Positions 1 to 10,478 of a stretch of 64,000 nucleotides of DNA are shown here, piece by piece; the stretch's first letter is position 1; each line of letters starts with the position of its first letter. The stretch is from positions 2,238 through 66,237 of the forward strand of contig CATYOF010000012.1 of the NCBI GenBank assembly GCA_958410215.1, read 5' to 3'. A program made the translations under genes and the position numbers. The DNA is from an uncultured Cryptobacterium sp. GTDB taxonomy: Bacteria; Actinomycetota; Coriobacteriia; Coriobacteriales; Eggerthellaceae. The notes beneath the pieces were generated by a model. The model saw nothing but the letters and a program-made list of their open reading frames with translations, had not been told where the DNA came from and did not search any database.

Positions 1-10
1 CTGCATTCAT
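1..10 (-). CDS. Possible start of a gene running off the left edge (ATG AAT GCA)
   Basis: Minus strand reads GAGGAACG-ATG: an SD-like motif 4 nt before an ATG at 10; only 3 codons visible. Confidence 0.3.
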
Positions 11-165
11 CGTTCCTCGTTCTAATTGAAGCAATATCAAAAGTTCAATTTATGTTTCCCTTGTTTCATTCTAATTGAACTTTTCAAAAAGCTTTACTTC
101 TATTTTGAACTTTTCAGTAAGCGGAACAGAAGAACTCACCTTAGCCAATTCACAAAATTGAACTT

Positions 166-2346
166 TTAACTTATAAGCTTTGATTCCTCCGTTTTGTGAA
201 TATACCAATTCAACAGCTTAATTAAAGGCTTGCGCAACACGAGACCCAACAACAAGAAAGGCACCACAAATAAAACCAGTGTGCCTAGTTCAACCCAAAA
301 ATCCATTTGATACATGCCCATCATGGCAGATCGCAGGGCATTAATCGCATGCGTAAGTGGTAAAAAGGGGCTTATCGCCTGTACAAAATTGGGCAACATA
401 GGAAGCGGGTAGCTTCCTCCCCCGGCAGATACTTGAATAATGAGCAAAAATACGGCAAGTGCTTTGCCTAAATTAGCAAAGGAAACCACCAGCGTATAAA
501 TAATGAACGTAAACACAAGCCCCGCTATCCAGTAGCACAGCATGTATAGCATCGGATTTTCTGCTTGAACCTGCAAGAACAGCAAATTACCCAGCGCCAA
601 AATACTTGACTGGACAAACGATAAACAAGCAAATATAAGAAATCTTCCCCAGAATACCTGATGCAACTTTGGATAACCTGCTTCTGCTTGCGCACGGGGC
701 GAAACGTTAACTTTAATTGCCACCAGTAAAAGCAGAGACCCTATCCAAAGTCCAAGCATAGTGTAGAGCGGCGCCATTTGAGAACCGAAGTTATCTGCAG
801 GAAAAAGAGCGTTTCGTTCAATTTGAACCGGTTTCGCCAAGGATTGTGCAAGTTCGCTCGGATCACTCTGTAAAAGACGCTTTATTCCTTCCCAGTCCTC
901 CGTATTTAGTGCTGCATGAATGTTTGAACTAAGATCAGATAAATACTCAGATGACTCTTTCAGAGATTGAGCGCTTGCTTCCAAATTTCCTCGTGCGCCC
1001 TCTAAGCCATCAACAACTGAGGTAGCTGAACCTTCAAGTTCGCTTGCAGCATCAGAAAGCGTCGAAGCATTGTTAAGTAAATTCGTTGAACCACGCTCCA
1101 CCTGCGCCTGCAAATCATCGAGCTGGGGCTTAATAGTGCTGTCATAATCCTGCGAGAGATCAGAAACACTATTCTTTGCTTGTTTAGCCAGTTCTGCAAC
1201 TTCAGCATGGTTAGTCTGTGCATCTTCGTTGTTTTGCCTTAGCGTTTGCGCTGCTGCAGCCAGACTTTGAGACAACTTCTCTTGCGTATCAGCTGAAGCG
1301 CGCACCTGTTCAACAAATGCCTGCAAAGTGTCCTGGTATTCGGATGGAACAGTGCAAGCAGCCAAACTATCTGCCAACGCATTCATTGAACTAGCCTGTT
1401 TTCCTACTGCCTCTGCCTGCGAATCAAGCGAGGAAGCGCTTGTTTGCGCCGCACTGTCGGCCGAAGCATAGGCTGTATCAATTGAGCTTGATACCCCTTC
1501 AAAGCTGGTAGCACTTTTATCAAGAGCTTCGTGAAGAGCATCGGTAGTAGTAGCCATAGCACCCGAAAGGGAATCAATAGACTGTTTCCCTTCTTCAGCA
1601 GAAACTATAACCTGCTGAGCTGATTCACCCGTTTCTCCCAGCAAGCTAGCAGAAGATGAAATAAGTGATTCGGAAGCGGAAAGAAGTGAAGCGTACCCCA
1701 TAGCTACTTCTGATGCCTGATCCATGCGCTTGGCGAGCGACGAGATATTATCCGCTAGCTGATCAATTTGGTTAGCTACACCTTTATTGTCCGAATAGTC
1801 CATCAACGACGAAGCGACGTTTAATCCTACTTCGCTTACCTTTTCTACAAAAATGGCATTGATCTTGTTTGCAACATCATCCGCTCCGCGTTCCGTCAAT
1901 TTAGGAGCAACGACATTCTTCTTTTCGTTGGTGTAATACAAAATACTTGCGTGTTCAACCTCGGGCGAATAAAACGTCATCATGTCTTTGCTGAAACTGG
2001 GAGGTATTACTACCGCAGCATAATACGTGCCTGCCTTAGCTCCTTCTATGGCGTCATCTTCGGATGTGAACACCCATTGCATTTCGTCGTCTTCCAACAA
2101 GGCATTTTGAACCTGATCACCCAAATTCACCTTAAGAGGCACTAAATCACTCTGATAGCCTTCGTCAGCATTAGCAACTGCCACTTTTAAGTTGTCGGTA
2201 TTACCGAACACATCCCAACAAGCCAGCACGTTATACCAACTAAATATTGAAGGAAGCAAAACAAGACCAAGCACAATAATGGTGGTCATAGCGTTACTGA
2301 ATATTCGTTGTACATCATGTTTGAATAAGCGAAGGATAGGTTTCAT
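166..2346 (-). CDS. YhgE/Pip family membrane protein
   Basis: N-terminal TM plus WDVFGNT...VAVAN-D-G motif, long coiled-coil region, NFGSQMAPLY motif, then several C-terminal TMs with GGSYP; start overlaps upstream stop (ATGA). Confidence 0.9.
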   Translation of the reverse strand: MKPILRLFKHDVQRIFSNAMTTIIVLGLVLLPSIFSWYNVLACWDVFGNTDNLKVAVANADEGYQSDLVPLKVNLGDQVQNALLEDDEMQWVFTSEDDAIEGAKAGTYYAAVVIPPSFSKDMMTFYSPEVEHASILYYTNEKKNVVAPKLTERGADDVANKINAIFVEKVSEVGLNVASSLMDYSDNKGVANQIDQLADNISSLAKRMDQASEVAMGYASLLSASESLISSSASLLGETGESAQQVIVSAEEGKQSIDSLSGAMATTTDALHEALDKSATSFEGVSSSIDTAYASADSAAQTSASSLDSQAEAVGKQASSMNALADSLAACTVPSEYQDTLQAFVEQVRASADTQEKLSQSLAAAAQTLRQNNEDAQTNHAEVAELAKQAKNSVSDLSQDYDSTIKPQLDDLQAQVERGSTNLLNNASTLSDAASELEGSATSVVDGLEGARGNLEASAQSLKESSEYLSDLSSNIHAALNTEDWEGIKRLLQSDPSELAQSLAKPVQIERNALFPADNFGSQMAPLYTMLGLWIGSLLLLVAIKVNVSPRAQAEAGYPKLHQVFWGRFLIFACLSFVQSSILALGNLLFLQVQAENPMLYMLCYWIAGLVFTFIIYTLVVSFANLGKALAVFLLIIQVSAGGGSYPLPMLPNFVQAISPFLPLTHAINALRSAMMGMYQMDFWVELGTLVLFVVPFLLLGLVLRKPLIKLLNWYIHKTEESKLIS

Positions 2347-5036
2347 TCGTTATCACCTCGCTGTTTTGTCGAAGCAGTAGCGTCATGATGCTTCTCCGAG
2401 GTTCCAGCATCGTCTTTTTGCGAGGCCGCACCCGAATCATGCTGTTTTGGCAAGGTGCCAGCGCCATAGTGTTTTGTCGACACCCCAGTGCCGTACCGTT
2501 TCACTGATTCGCCCGCATCATACATTTCATGAATTTCGGTATTTGAATATGCCGAAAGCGCCACCTCATGCTCTAGCCTATCGCGAATAAACTCAACCGA
2601 TATTATGAAAAGCAAAACAAGTATGAGCCACACCAGCCAGGTAGTAAGAATTACCACTTTTTCAACCGCAAACAGCATCATAAGAACAGTAGCAAATACA
2701 GGAATTAACAAGGCAAGTGCCAAAACAAAACGCTTACCCTTTTCGTAACGCCGCTTATATTCTTCAAAACGCTGCAATATTGCCTGTCTAAATTCCTTCT
2801 GATTAGCAAGCGCCTCCAAAAGCAAAGAGCTGCGATAACGACGAGCAGGAAGTTCCGCTTCTTCTCCGTTAATAAGATCACTTTCTTTAATTTGAGAGGC
2901 AACCATCCGATTAAGATTTACAAAATACGGTCTTAAAACCAGCCCTAAAAGAAGGAAAAGCACTAGGAACAAAAGTAACACGCCCATATATTGCAGCCAT
3001 TGCATGCCATAGAATCCTGCGATAGTTTCTCGCAATGCGTTGATACCATATGTAAAAGGGAAAAGCGGGTATATTCCCTGGAAAAATTCTGGGGTCATTT
3101 CAATGGGATACAAACCTGTTGCACCGGGTATTTGAACAAAGATCAAAATGACACAGAGACCCTTGCCAACATGCTGCAACAAAACTGCCAAGCCGTACTG
3201 AATACAAAGATACGTCAAGGATGCCACCACTGAAGTAAGGTAGAACAAAGGAATACTTGCTACCTCTACTCCTAGAACAAGGTTTCCACTACAACATACT
3301 ATGGCCTGGAGCGCAGCAAATACCGCCAAGAATAGCAAACGTCCCCCATAACTTTGCCGCGCAGTTAACTGAGGTATTCCTTCTCTGTCAACTTCTTGTC
3401 GCAAAATTACAAGCAACATGAATACGCCAATCCACAGCGTTAAGTTCATAAACAACGGAGCCATAGCACTGCCGTATGAATTAACAGAATACAAAGAAAC
3501 CGTATCAATTTTCGCAGGGGAGAACATGAAATCGGACACCTTATTAGGATCGATGCCTTCTTCTCCCAGCAATTCCTCAAGCGCGTTTGAGGTGCTCAAC
3601 GCTGCCACATCGATCTTCACCGATTCAATATCGCCCGAAAACCCTTCCAGTAACGCCACCGTATCCGAAAGAGTTCCCGCCGTTTGATCCAATGTGGCGC
3701 TCAGCTGGTCAAGCTCCGCAATTCCCTTATCTATCAAAACGGTTTGTGTGCCTACTGCCGTGGATAAATCCAACAACGTATTCGAAAGACCGCTAGCAGT
3801 AGTGCTTAAGGCTGGAAACGTAGTAGAAACCAAAGTGGCGCGATAGTCATCATGGGCGCCTAACACACCCTGCAAAGCTTGGGAGGTATCATCGGATGCC
3901 TGAGAAACATCACTTGCCGCCTGCTTGATTGAAGGATACGACGATTCCAACCCTTCCACCGCAGTATTCAAAGAATCATTCTGTGCTTGAAGAGATTCAA
4001 TGGATTGTAAAAGCGCATCTTTATCGGCACCTTCTGGAAGGGACTCTGAAAGCGTGGTCAGTCCTTCAATAACGCTTTTATTGAGATCAACCAGTGCCTT
4101 ACCCTGATCAACCGCCCCCGATACTCCCCCCTCAGCACTTGAAAGCGCGCCGGAAACACTACCTATCGCGTCGTTGGTATGAGCCACTGCCTGTGAAGCA
4201 AGTGCTGAGGATTTATCAAAGGTATCCATAAACGAAGTTGTAAAGGGGCCCAATGCTTTCTGAGTAGACGTAAGTAATTGAGAAGAATCATCAAGCTCTG
4301 TTTGAAGCGTATTGGTATCCTCTTTTGCTTGCTGTAATAACCCCTTAGCATCCTGCGCTTTCGCCGAGGCATCGCCTGCCGCAGTTTGTAAGTCCTCTAC
4401 GCTGCTCTGAACTCCCTCAAGCGATGACTGCACCTGCCCTAATTTTGTAACTATTCCCGATTGTGCCTCATTTAGTTTACCGTTGCTTTGTTGAAGCGCT
4501 TCATCAAATTGAGTTGCCAGCGTTTTGCTTACTACTGACACGAAGGAATCATTAATAGTTTGATCAAGCGAATTGGCACCACTATCCGTTACTTTAGTGG
4601 ATACCCCACCCACTTTTTCATTGACGTAATACTGCAAGGTAGGTTGCTGAAAATCGCCCGTTAACAGCGTTAAGGTGTCAGAGGAAAAATCGGAAGGAAT
4701 GATAAATGCAGCATACGCCTTACCAGAACGCACTTCCTCAAGCGCTTGATCACGATCGGTAAACACCCAGCCTAATTGAGTGTTTTGAGAAAGCTCTTCT
4801 ACAATTTCGTTCCCCATGTTAAGTGAGCCAGTAAGATCTGAGCTTGATCCGCTATCTTCATTAACCACACAAACCCGCATATTGCCCGTATGATCATAGG
4901 GGTTCCAAAATCCTGCAACATTAAACCAGGTATACAACGAAGGAAGCAGTACCAACACTATAACTACTACCAGCGCCGCGGGTGCTTTAATAAGCCGCTT
5001 AAAATCGCGTTTGAGAAGCAATAGTACATTTTTCAT
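2343..5036 (-). CDS. YhgE/Pip family membrane protein (second paralog, extended C-terminus)
   Basis: FWNPYDHT...VCVVNED, coiled coil, SYGSAMAPLF, GATGLYP; start moved to ATG 5036, which follows a GGAGG SD. Confidence 0.9.
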   Translation of the reverse strand: MKNVLLLLKRDFKRLIKAPAALVVVIVLVLLPSLYTWFNVAGFWNPYDHTGNMRVCVVNEDSGSSSDLTGSLNMGNEIVEELSQNTQLGWVFTDRDQALEEVRSGKAYAAFIIPSDFSSDTLTLLTGDFQQPTLQYYVNEKVGGVSTKVTDSGANSLDQTINDSFVSVVSKTLATQFDEALQQSNGKLNEAQSGIVTKLGQVQSSLEGVQSSVEDLQTAAGDASAKAQDAKGLLQQAKEDTNTLQTELDDSSQLLTSTQKALGPFTTSFMDTFDKSSALASQAVAHTNDAIGSVSGALSSAEGGVSGAVDQGKALVDLNKSVIEGLTTLSESLPEGADKDALLQSIESLQAQNDSLNTAVEGLESSYPSIKQAASDVSQASDDTSQALQGVLGAHDDYRATLVSTTFPALSTTASGLSNTLLDLSTAVGTQTVLIDKGIAELDQLSATLDQTAGTLSDTVALLEGFSGDIESVKIDVAALSTSNALEELLGEEGIDPNKVSDFMFSPAKIDTVSLYSVNSYGSAMAPLFMNLTLWIGVFMLLVILRQEVDREGIPQLTARQSYGGRLLFLAVFAALQAIVCCSGNLVLGVEVASIPLFYLTSVVASLTYLCIQYGLAVLLQHVGKGLCVILIFVQIPGATGLYPIEMTPEFFQGIYPLFPFTYGINALRETIAGFYGMQWLQYMGVLLLFLVLFLLLGLVLRPYFVNLNRMVASQIKESDLINGEEAELPARRYRSSLLLEALANQKEFRQAILQRFEEYKRRYEKGKRFVLALALLIPVFATVLMMLFAVEKVVILTTWLVWLILVLLFIISVEFIRDRLEHEVALSAYSNTEIHEMYDAGESVKRYGTGVSTKHYGAGTLPKQHDSGAASQKDDAGTSEKHHDATASTKQRGDNE
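2361..2522 (-). repeat. Six degenerate 27-bp in-frame tandem repeats (9-aa unit) in the Pip C-terminal tail
   Basis: YDAGESVKR/YGTGVSTKH/YGAGTLPKQ/HDSGAASQK/DDAGTSEKH/HDATASTKQ. Confidence 0.75.
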
Positions 5037-5350
5037 AGACGCTTTCCTCCCTTCGTCGTAATAGAGTTTTATCACTTTAGTGCGCACTTTACCTTACCGA
5101 GGTAAACAGAAGGTGTCAAAATAAATACACACTTGTTGCATAACTGTAAATCTGGACGTGCGACAAAGCAGGTCCCTTTCAATAAACGTCCTATAAAGCA
5201 CAAAGATTTGCCTTTCCTGTTCCTTACACGTCCTTACAGAAACACCTTCCGTTAAAGAACTTCACAAAATACCAACTTTAGCGTCGGACTATTTCACACG
5301 CACCTTCGAAAACGCTATGATATTAAACCCCCTAAATGAAAGGATGCGAC

Positions 5351-7504
5351 ATGACTGACAACGTCAAGGAACCTGAAACCACCCTGGCAGACGATCCCGT
5401 TTTTGCCGCTGAACAGGCCCACCTTTCTAAAACGTACGAAACAATGCTCTCCATGCAGGATGCCGTAGTTGCTCGCATGCAAAAAACCGCGGCAACCGCA
5501 GAAGACTACAAGCGCTCCATGGCAGATGAGGCCACGTCGAACTTTGCAAGTGAAGGCGAAGCACAGGAAACGTATATCGAATACGCCAACCTAAATAGCG
5601 TTATTGATGCGCTTAATCAATCGCAACAAGTTGACGCAGAAAAGTTGTCTAACATTGAGCTGTTAAAGCCTCAGCCCTATTTCGCAAAGGTTGCACTTCA
5701 ATTTAAACCAGGCGCAGAACCTAAAGAAGTCTACATTGGCAACGCAGGCATTTCCGATGATTCCTACCATCGTCTTATTGTTGACTGGCGATCCCCCGTG
5801 GCGGAGGTTTACTACAACCAATCCAACGGTCCTACTTCATACAAAGCCAACGGTCGCACTATTTCTTGCGATTTAAAACTGCGTCGTCAGTTTGACATTA
5901 CCGAAGATACCCTTCATGCATACTTCGATACCACAGTAGCTATTCAGGATGAATTGCTGCTTCGTTCCTTGTCGCAGCAGCGCACCTCCCAGATGAGCGC
6001 TATTACCACGACCATCCAAAAGGAACAAAACGAAGTTATCCGTCACGAAGATGTACCCGCTCTGCTGGTCAACGGTATTGCAGGAAGCGGTAAAACGTCG
6101 GTTTTGTTGCAGCGTATTGCGTATCTGTTCTACCAAAACCGGGAAAGTCTGAATCCCGAACAGGTGTACCTTATTACCCCTAACCCCGTGTTTAGAAGCT
6201 ATATTGATAATGTGTTGCCTGACATGGGTGAAAAGAATCCCCACATTTTAACGTGGGCAGAATTTGCCGACTACGTAGTTCCCGAAGGGCGTGTGTTCGA
6301 TCATTTCCATACCTCTATGGACGTTTTGGAGCACATCGATGTCGCTTTGGCGGATTTAAAATTCACCGAAAAGGATTTCCGCGATATTACCCTGCAAGGG
6401 ATAACGTTAATTTCGGCAAATCAGATAAACAAAATTGCTGCTCGGTATAAAAATGTACCTGCTGGCCCCCGCCTTATTACGCTTATTCGCGAAGAATTGG
6501 AAGATCGCTTTGAAAGTCGTTTGGGACAAATGGCAGGCGTCACTCAATTCCAAGACGAAGTAAGTGCCTTAAGTTACAATCAGCAGCTTGCACTCTTTGG
6601 CGAGCCAGCCCTTATGGATACCGAAGAACAGGCAAAAAGCTATACGCTCACCTACCTTAACTACCGTTTCGGTGAAGCACGAAACACCATTCGCTTGAAC
6701 CATTGGGTGCGCGTTGACCGCATAGCAAAGCGCTTGCTTTCCATCGATAATCTGTCATTTTTGGAATGGCTGTACATGAAAGTAGCCTGCACCGGGCTTT
6801 GCAACGATGAAGCACGTTTTGTCATGATTGACGAAGTGCAGGACTATTCTCCTGCCCAGCTTGCCGTACTGGCTCGCTATTATCAGCGCGCCCACTTCCT
6901 TTTACTCGGCGATGAAAATCAGGCAATTGGACGCCATACGTCCACCTTTGAAGAAGTGCGCCACGTATTTGAAACCTATCGCGGCAGCCTTGAGGAATGC
7001 TTCCTTATGACCAGCTATCGTTCAACCCCAGCTATTACAAAGCTGTTTGCGCGACTTGCGCAAAACAATACCAGCATGAGCATTTCTTCTGTTCAGCGCA
7101 GCGACAAAGAACCAGAACTGGTGGTGTACCACAACGAAGAAGAGCTTCAAGAAACTCTTGCGCGCCTTATACAGGAAAACCACCAGTCGCAAGGGCTAAC
7201 TGCAGTGGTAGTTAACAACAATGAAGAATTAACCGACATGTGGAACACCTTGCAAACCTTGGTTCCCCATGATCAGCTGTACTTTATTACCGATGGAAGT
7301 ACCTTACCCGAACACGGCGTTTTGCTTATTGATTTAATGCTGGCAAAGGGTTTGGAATTCGATAACGTTATTATTCCCGATGCGGATGTAACAACCTATC
7401 CTGAAACCGACCTGGCCCGCCGCCAGTTGTATACCGCAATTTCTCGCGCAACTAATACAGTTTCGCTGCTTGCAGAAAAAGAGTTCACTCCCCTTTTAGC
7501 TTAA
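5351..7504 (+). CDS. helD: HelD-family RNA polymerase recycling ATPase (UvrD-like)
   Basis: PYFAK, IVDWRSPVA, LRRQFDI, TIQKEQN, GIAGSGKTS (Walker A), IDEVQD, SYRST, KGLEFD, LYTAISRA; GAAAGGA SD before ATG 5351. Confidence 0.8.
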   Translation: MTDNVKEPETTLADDPVFAAEQAHLSKTYETMLSMQDAVVARMQKTAATAEDYKRSMADEATSNFASEGEAQETYIEYANLNSVIDALNQSQQVDAEKLSNIELLKPQPYFAKVALQFKPGAEPKEVYIGNAGISDDSYHRLIVDWRSPVAEVYYNQSNGPTSYKANGRTISCDLKLRRQFDITEDTLHAYFDTTVAIQDELLLRSLSQQRTSQMSAITTTIQKEQNEVIRHEDVPALLVNGIAGSGKTSVLLQRIAYLFYQNRESLNPEQVYLITPNPVFRSYIDNVLPDMGEKNPHILTWAEFADYVVPEGRVFDHFHTSMDVLEHIDVALADLKFTEKDFRDITLQGITLISANQINKIAARYKNVPAGPRLITLIREELEDRFESRLGQMAGVTQFQDEVSALSYNQQLALFGEPALMDTEEQAKSYTLTYLNYRFGEARNTIRLNHWVRVDRIAKRLLSIDNLSFLEWLYMKVACTGLCNDEARFVMIDEVQDYSPAQLAVLARYYQRAHFLLLGDENQAIGRHTSTFEEVRHVFETYRGSLEECFLMTSYRSTPAITKLFARLAQNNTSMSISSVQRSDKEPELVVYHNEEELQETLARLIQENHQSQGLTAVVVNNNEELTDMWNTLQTLVPHDQLYFITDGSTLPEHGVLLIDLMLAKGLEFDNVIIPDADVTTYPETDLARRQLYTAISRATNTVSLLAEKEFTPLLA

Positions 7505-7506
7505 AA

Positions 7507-8310
7507 CTAGAAAAGTTGAATAAATGCGGCCCCTATGCTGGTTGCCAGTACATGCGCAATAGCAAGTACCCACACCACCGAAACACCAATACGCACCGCT
7601 AGGGGCACGCGCAAGTTTTTACTTGGGATCATAAACATAGCAAGCAGGCCACCAAGAGCGCCACCCAAGTGACCACTTACTGAAATACTGGGCATCAAAA
7701 GCGTATATACAATATTAATTGCGATGATGCTAAGCATTCCCTTGCTGTACTGCAGGAAAAACGCCCGGTTTCGCTTGGATAAAATACCCAATAACGCAGC
7801 GGCTACAAATAAGCCGAAGATGCTGGTAGAAGCACCGGCGCTTACGTAGTAGCTGCCCGTCATCATGTCTACCATGTAGCAAAGGGCGTTACCCGTAATT
7901 CCCGCCACAAAATACAGCAAAAGATAATTCCAACGACCAAGTAACTGTTCTAGCAATACGCCGCAGCTATACAAGGCACCCATATTAAACAACAGATGCA
8001 TGAAGTCCACATGCAAAAACATGGGAGCCACGAAACGATACCAATCTGCAGGACTTCCAATAGCGGGAGCATACATGGCACCCATATCAAACAACACCAT
8101 GGTAGAAATCGACGTATTGAAGCCCGATTTCAGAACTTCAATCACATAAATCACAACGCACATCGCAATAAGAACCAGCGTTACAATGCAGGAGCCATAC
8201 TTTTCCATAAAGGAAGGCTGACTTGCCTTCATCATGCGCTTTAATTGTTCATCATCAATTACTTGACGCTGGCCGGAACGATTATCGTAAGAAGGAATCT
8301 GATCAGTCAC
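7507..8310 (-). CDS. Rhomboid family intramembrane serine protease
   Basis: WYRF..PMFLH..HLLFNM, GAS catalytic Ser, GHLGG catalytic His. Confidence 0.9.
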   Translation of the reverse strand: MTDQIPSYDNRSGQRQVIDDEQLKRMMKASQPSFMEKYGSCIVTLVLIAMCVVIYVIEVLKSGFNTSISTMVLFDMGAMYAPAIGSPADWYRFVAPMFLHVDFMHLLFNMGALYSCGVLLEQLLGRWNYLLLYFVAGITGNALCYMVDMMTGSYYVSAGASTSIFGLFVAAALLGILSKRNRAFFLQYSKGMLSIIAINIVYTLLMPSISVSGHLGGALGGLLAMFMIPSKNLRVPLAVRIGVSVVWVLAIAHVLATSIGAAFIQLF

Positions 8311-8464
8311 AAAGGACCCTTTCGAAATTTGTCATTCATAATAGTATTCGCTAGGATACCATCAACTGCGATAAAGACGGTGTTACAACCAAAACACTAC
8401 ATCATCTTCGCCGAATAATCTCTCAGCCTTTAAGGCATATTGAAAAGCAAACCAAGGAGTAAAC

Positions 8465-9094
8465 ATGGCTTCGTATCTTACGATAGAAGGGCAAGCAGAA
8501 GCAGAAATAGAAGAAAAGAAAAGCAAATTTATTGCCCAGCTTTGCCATGTTGAAACCGAAGAAGAAGCGCTAGCCTTCCTTGAAGAAATACGTGCTCGTC
8601 ACCGTATGGCACGCCATAACGTGTATGCCTATATTCTTCGTGGATCGGGTGCTACTCCACGTATTCGTTATTCAGATGATGGTGAACCGCAAAAAACAGC
8701 AGGACTTCCCACGCTACAGGTACTCCAACACGCTGAATTAACTGATGTTATTGTGGTGGTTACCCGCTATTTTGGGGGAACTCTCTTGGGTACGGGTGGA
8801 CTGGTACGTGCCTACACCCAAGCAACCCAAGCAGGAATTGAAGCCGCCCATAAGGTAACCATTTCTCAATGCATCGATATAACTATTACGCTGCCTTATT
8901 CGATGTATGATCAGCTTAATCATTTACTCGGAAACTACGAAACAAAAGTTATTTCAACTGAATACACTGATGTCATTACGATAGTAGTCCGTATGCTTTT
9001 AGGCAGCGAAGAACCTTTACTCAAAGCTCTCACTGAACTTATGCACGGAAAGGAACAGGTGCAGGTTTCAGATCCATTCGATGCACCGTTTTAA
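8465..9094 (+). CDS. yigZ: YigZ/IMPACT family protein
   Basis: KKSKFIA, SDDGEPQKTAG, VVTRYFGGTLLGTGGLVRAY. Confidence 0.9.
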   Translation: MASYLTIEGQAEAEIEEKKSKFIAQLCHVETEEEALAFLEEIRARHRMARHNVYAYILRGSGATPRIRYSDDGEPQKTAGLPTLQVLQHAELTDVIVVVTRYFGGTLLGTGGLVRAYTQATQAGIEAAHKVTISQCIDITITLPYSMYDQLNHLLGNYETKVISTEYTDVITIVVRMLLGSEEPLLKALTELMHGKEQVQVSDPFDAPF

Positions 9095-9187
9095 AACTTC
9101 CATTCGTCCTCTACCGAGTGAAAGCCCAACTAGCACGAAAGCCCTAAAGCAACTAAACACTCATCCTGAAGAGGCGCATCCTAAATC

Positions 9188-9218
9188 AAAAAGAACCCCG
9201 CAGTGCAACGGAGTTCTT
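9188..9218 (-). terminator. Intrinsic terminator after queF
   Basis: AAGAACTCCG-8-CGGGGTTCTT then a T run on the minus strand. Confidence 0.6.
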
Positions 9219-9246
9219 GCATACAGATTGGTTTTTCTCTTTGCTT

Positions 9247-9768
9247 TTAGCGATTGTCTACCGTTTCGGGATACATATCATGATGAGCAAGACGATCCCA
9301 TGCTACTTGCGCCCATTTTGTTCCGGGGCGACCATAGTTACAATACGGATCAATTGAGATACCCCCACGAGGAGTAAACTTCCCCCATACTTCAATGTAG
9401 CGAGGATCCATAAGCTTAATAAGGTCCTTCATAATGATGTTCATGCAGTCCTCATGAAAATCGCCATGATTTCTAAAGCTAAACAGATAAAGTTTTAAAC
9501 TTTTGGACTCCACCATACGCACATCAGGAACATACGAAATATAAATAGTTGCAAAATCAGGCTGACCCGTAATAGGACAAAGACTAGTAAATTCAGGGCA
9601 ATTGAACTTTACAAAATAATCGTTTTCCTGGTGTTTGTTTTCAAAGGTTTCCAACACCTCAGGAGCATAGTCATCGGGATAGTGATTGGTCTTGGAACCA
9701 AGCAAGGTTAAATCGGATACTTCTTGTGACGTGCGACCAGTATTTACAGCAGAAGTGCTTGTATTCAT
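9247..9768 (-). CDS. queF: preQ1 synthase (7-cyano-7-deazaguanine reductase, short type)
   Basis: [32 protein letters not shown]. Confidence 0.95.
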   Translation of the reverse strand: MNTSTSAVNTGRTSQEVSDLTLLGSKTNHYPDDYAPEVLETFENKHQENDYFVKFNCPEFTSLCPITGQPDFATIYISYVPDVRMVESKSLKLYLFSFRNHGDFHEDCMNIIMKDLIKLMDPRYIEVWGKFTPRGGISIDPYCNYGRPGTKWAQVAWDRLAHHDMYPETVDNR

Positions 9769-9794
9769 TATTATTACTTTCTCTTTCTCTTATC

Positions 9795-10475
9795 CTAGCG
9801 AACAAGAGGATCAATAATTCCGTTGAGCTCAAACGCCCGTGCCCTATCGATACAGGTAGCGCAAACCCCACAGGGCTTATCACCTCCTTCATAGCATGAC
9901 CAGGTAAGCTCATAGGGGACGTTCAGCTCCAAACCTTTTTTTACAATATCAGCTTTCGACCACTGTACAAAGGGAGCTTCCATATGAAGTTCGCCACCCG
10001 TTCCTAAAACGATAGCTTCATTCATAGCGTTCACAAAATCCAAGGAACAATCTGGATAGGCATTCCCCGCCCAATCATCATGATGAGCGCCATAATACAA
10101 TACCGAACATTCAAGGGATAATGCCATAGAAACGGCACTTGATAAGAACAGCCCGTTTCTGAAGGGAACATAGGTACTTACCAACGAAGTGGACGATTGT
10201 TCTAATTGCTCGGCATAACTTTCCTTAGGAATGTCTTGATCAGAATGAGCAAGCAAAGAGCACGAACTGTCGGAAAATATAGCTGATAAATCCAAAAAAC
10301 GCTGCTCAACGCCATAATAGCGGGCAACATCGCGTGCTGCTTTTAACTCTTTTTCGTGACGTTGGCCATAGGAAATGCTCAGCGCATACACATTTTCATT
10401 TCCGAATTTTTCCACCGCCAGAGCAAGTAAGGTGGTTGAATCTAACCCACCCGAACACAATACCAGTGCGCGCAC
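9795..10475 (-). CDS. queC: 7-cyano-7-deazaguanine synthase
   Basis: SGGLDS, YGQRH, YVPFRNG, YPDC, TWSCY..CGVCATC. Confidence 0.95.
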   Translation of the reverse strand: MRALVLCSGGLDSTTLLALAVEKFGNENVYALSISYGQRHEKELKAARDVARYYGVEQRFLDLSAIFSDSSCSLLAHSDQDIPKESYAEQLEQSSTSLVSTYVPFRNGLFLSSAVSMALSLECSVLYYGAHHDDWAGNAYPDCSLDFVNAMNEAIVLGTGGELHMEAPFVQWSKADIVKKGLELNVPYELTWSCYEGGDKPCGVCATCIDRARAFELNGIIDPLVR

Positions 10476-10478
10476 GCG

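Noticed and set aside
20..167. ATTGAAC repeats as a CRISPR array
   Set aside because: Units are only 12-19 bp, irregularly spaced and in mixed orientation, with no cas genes visible
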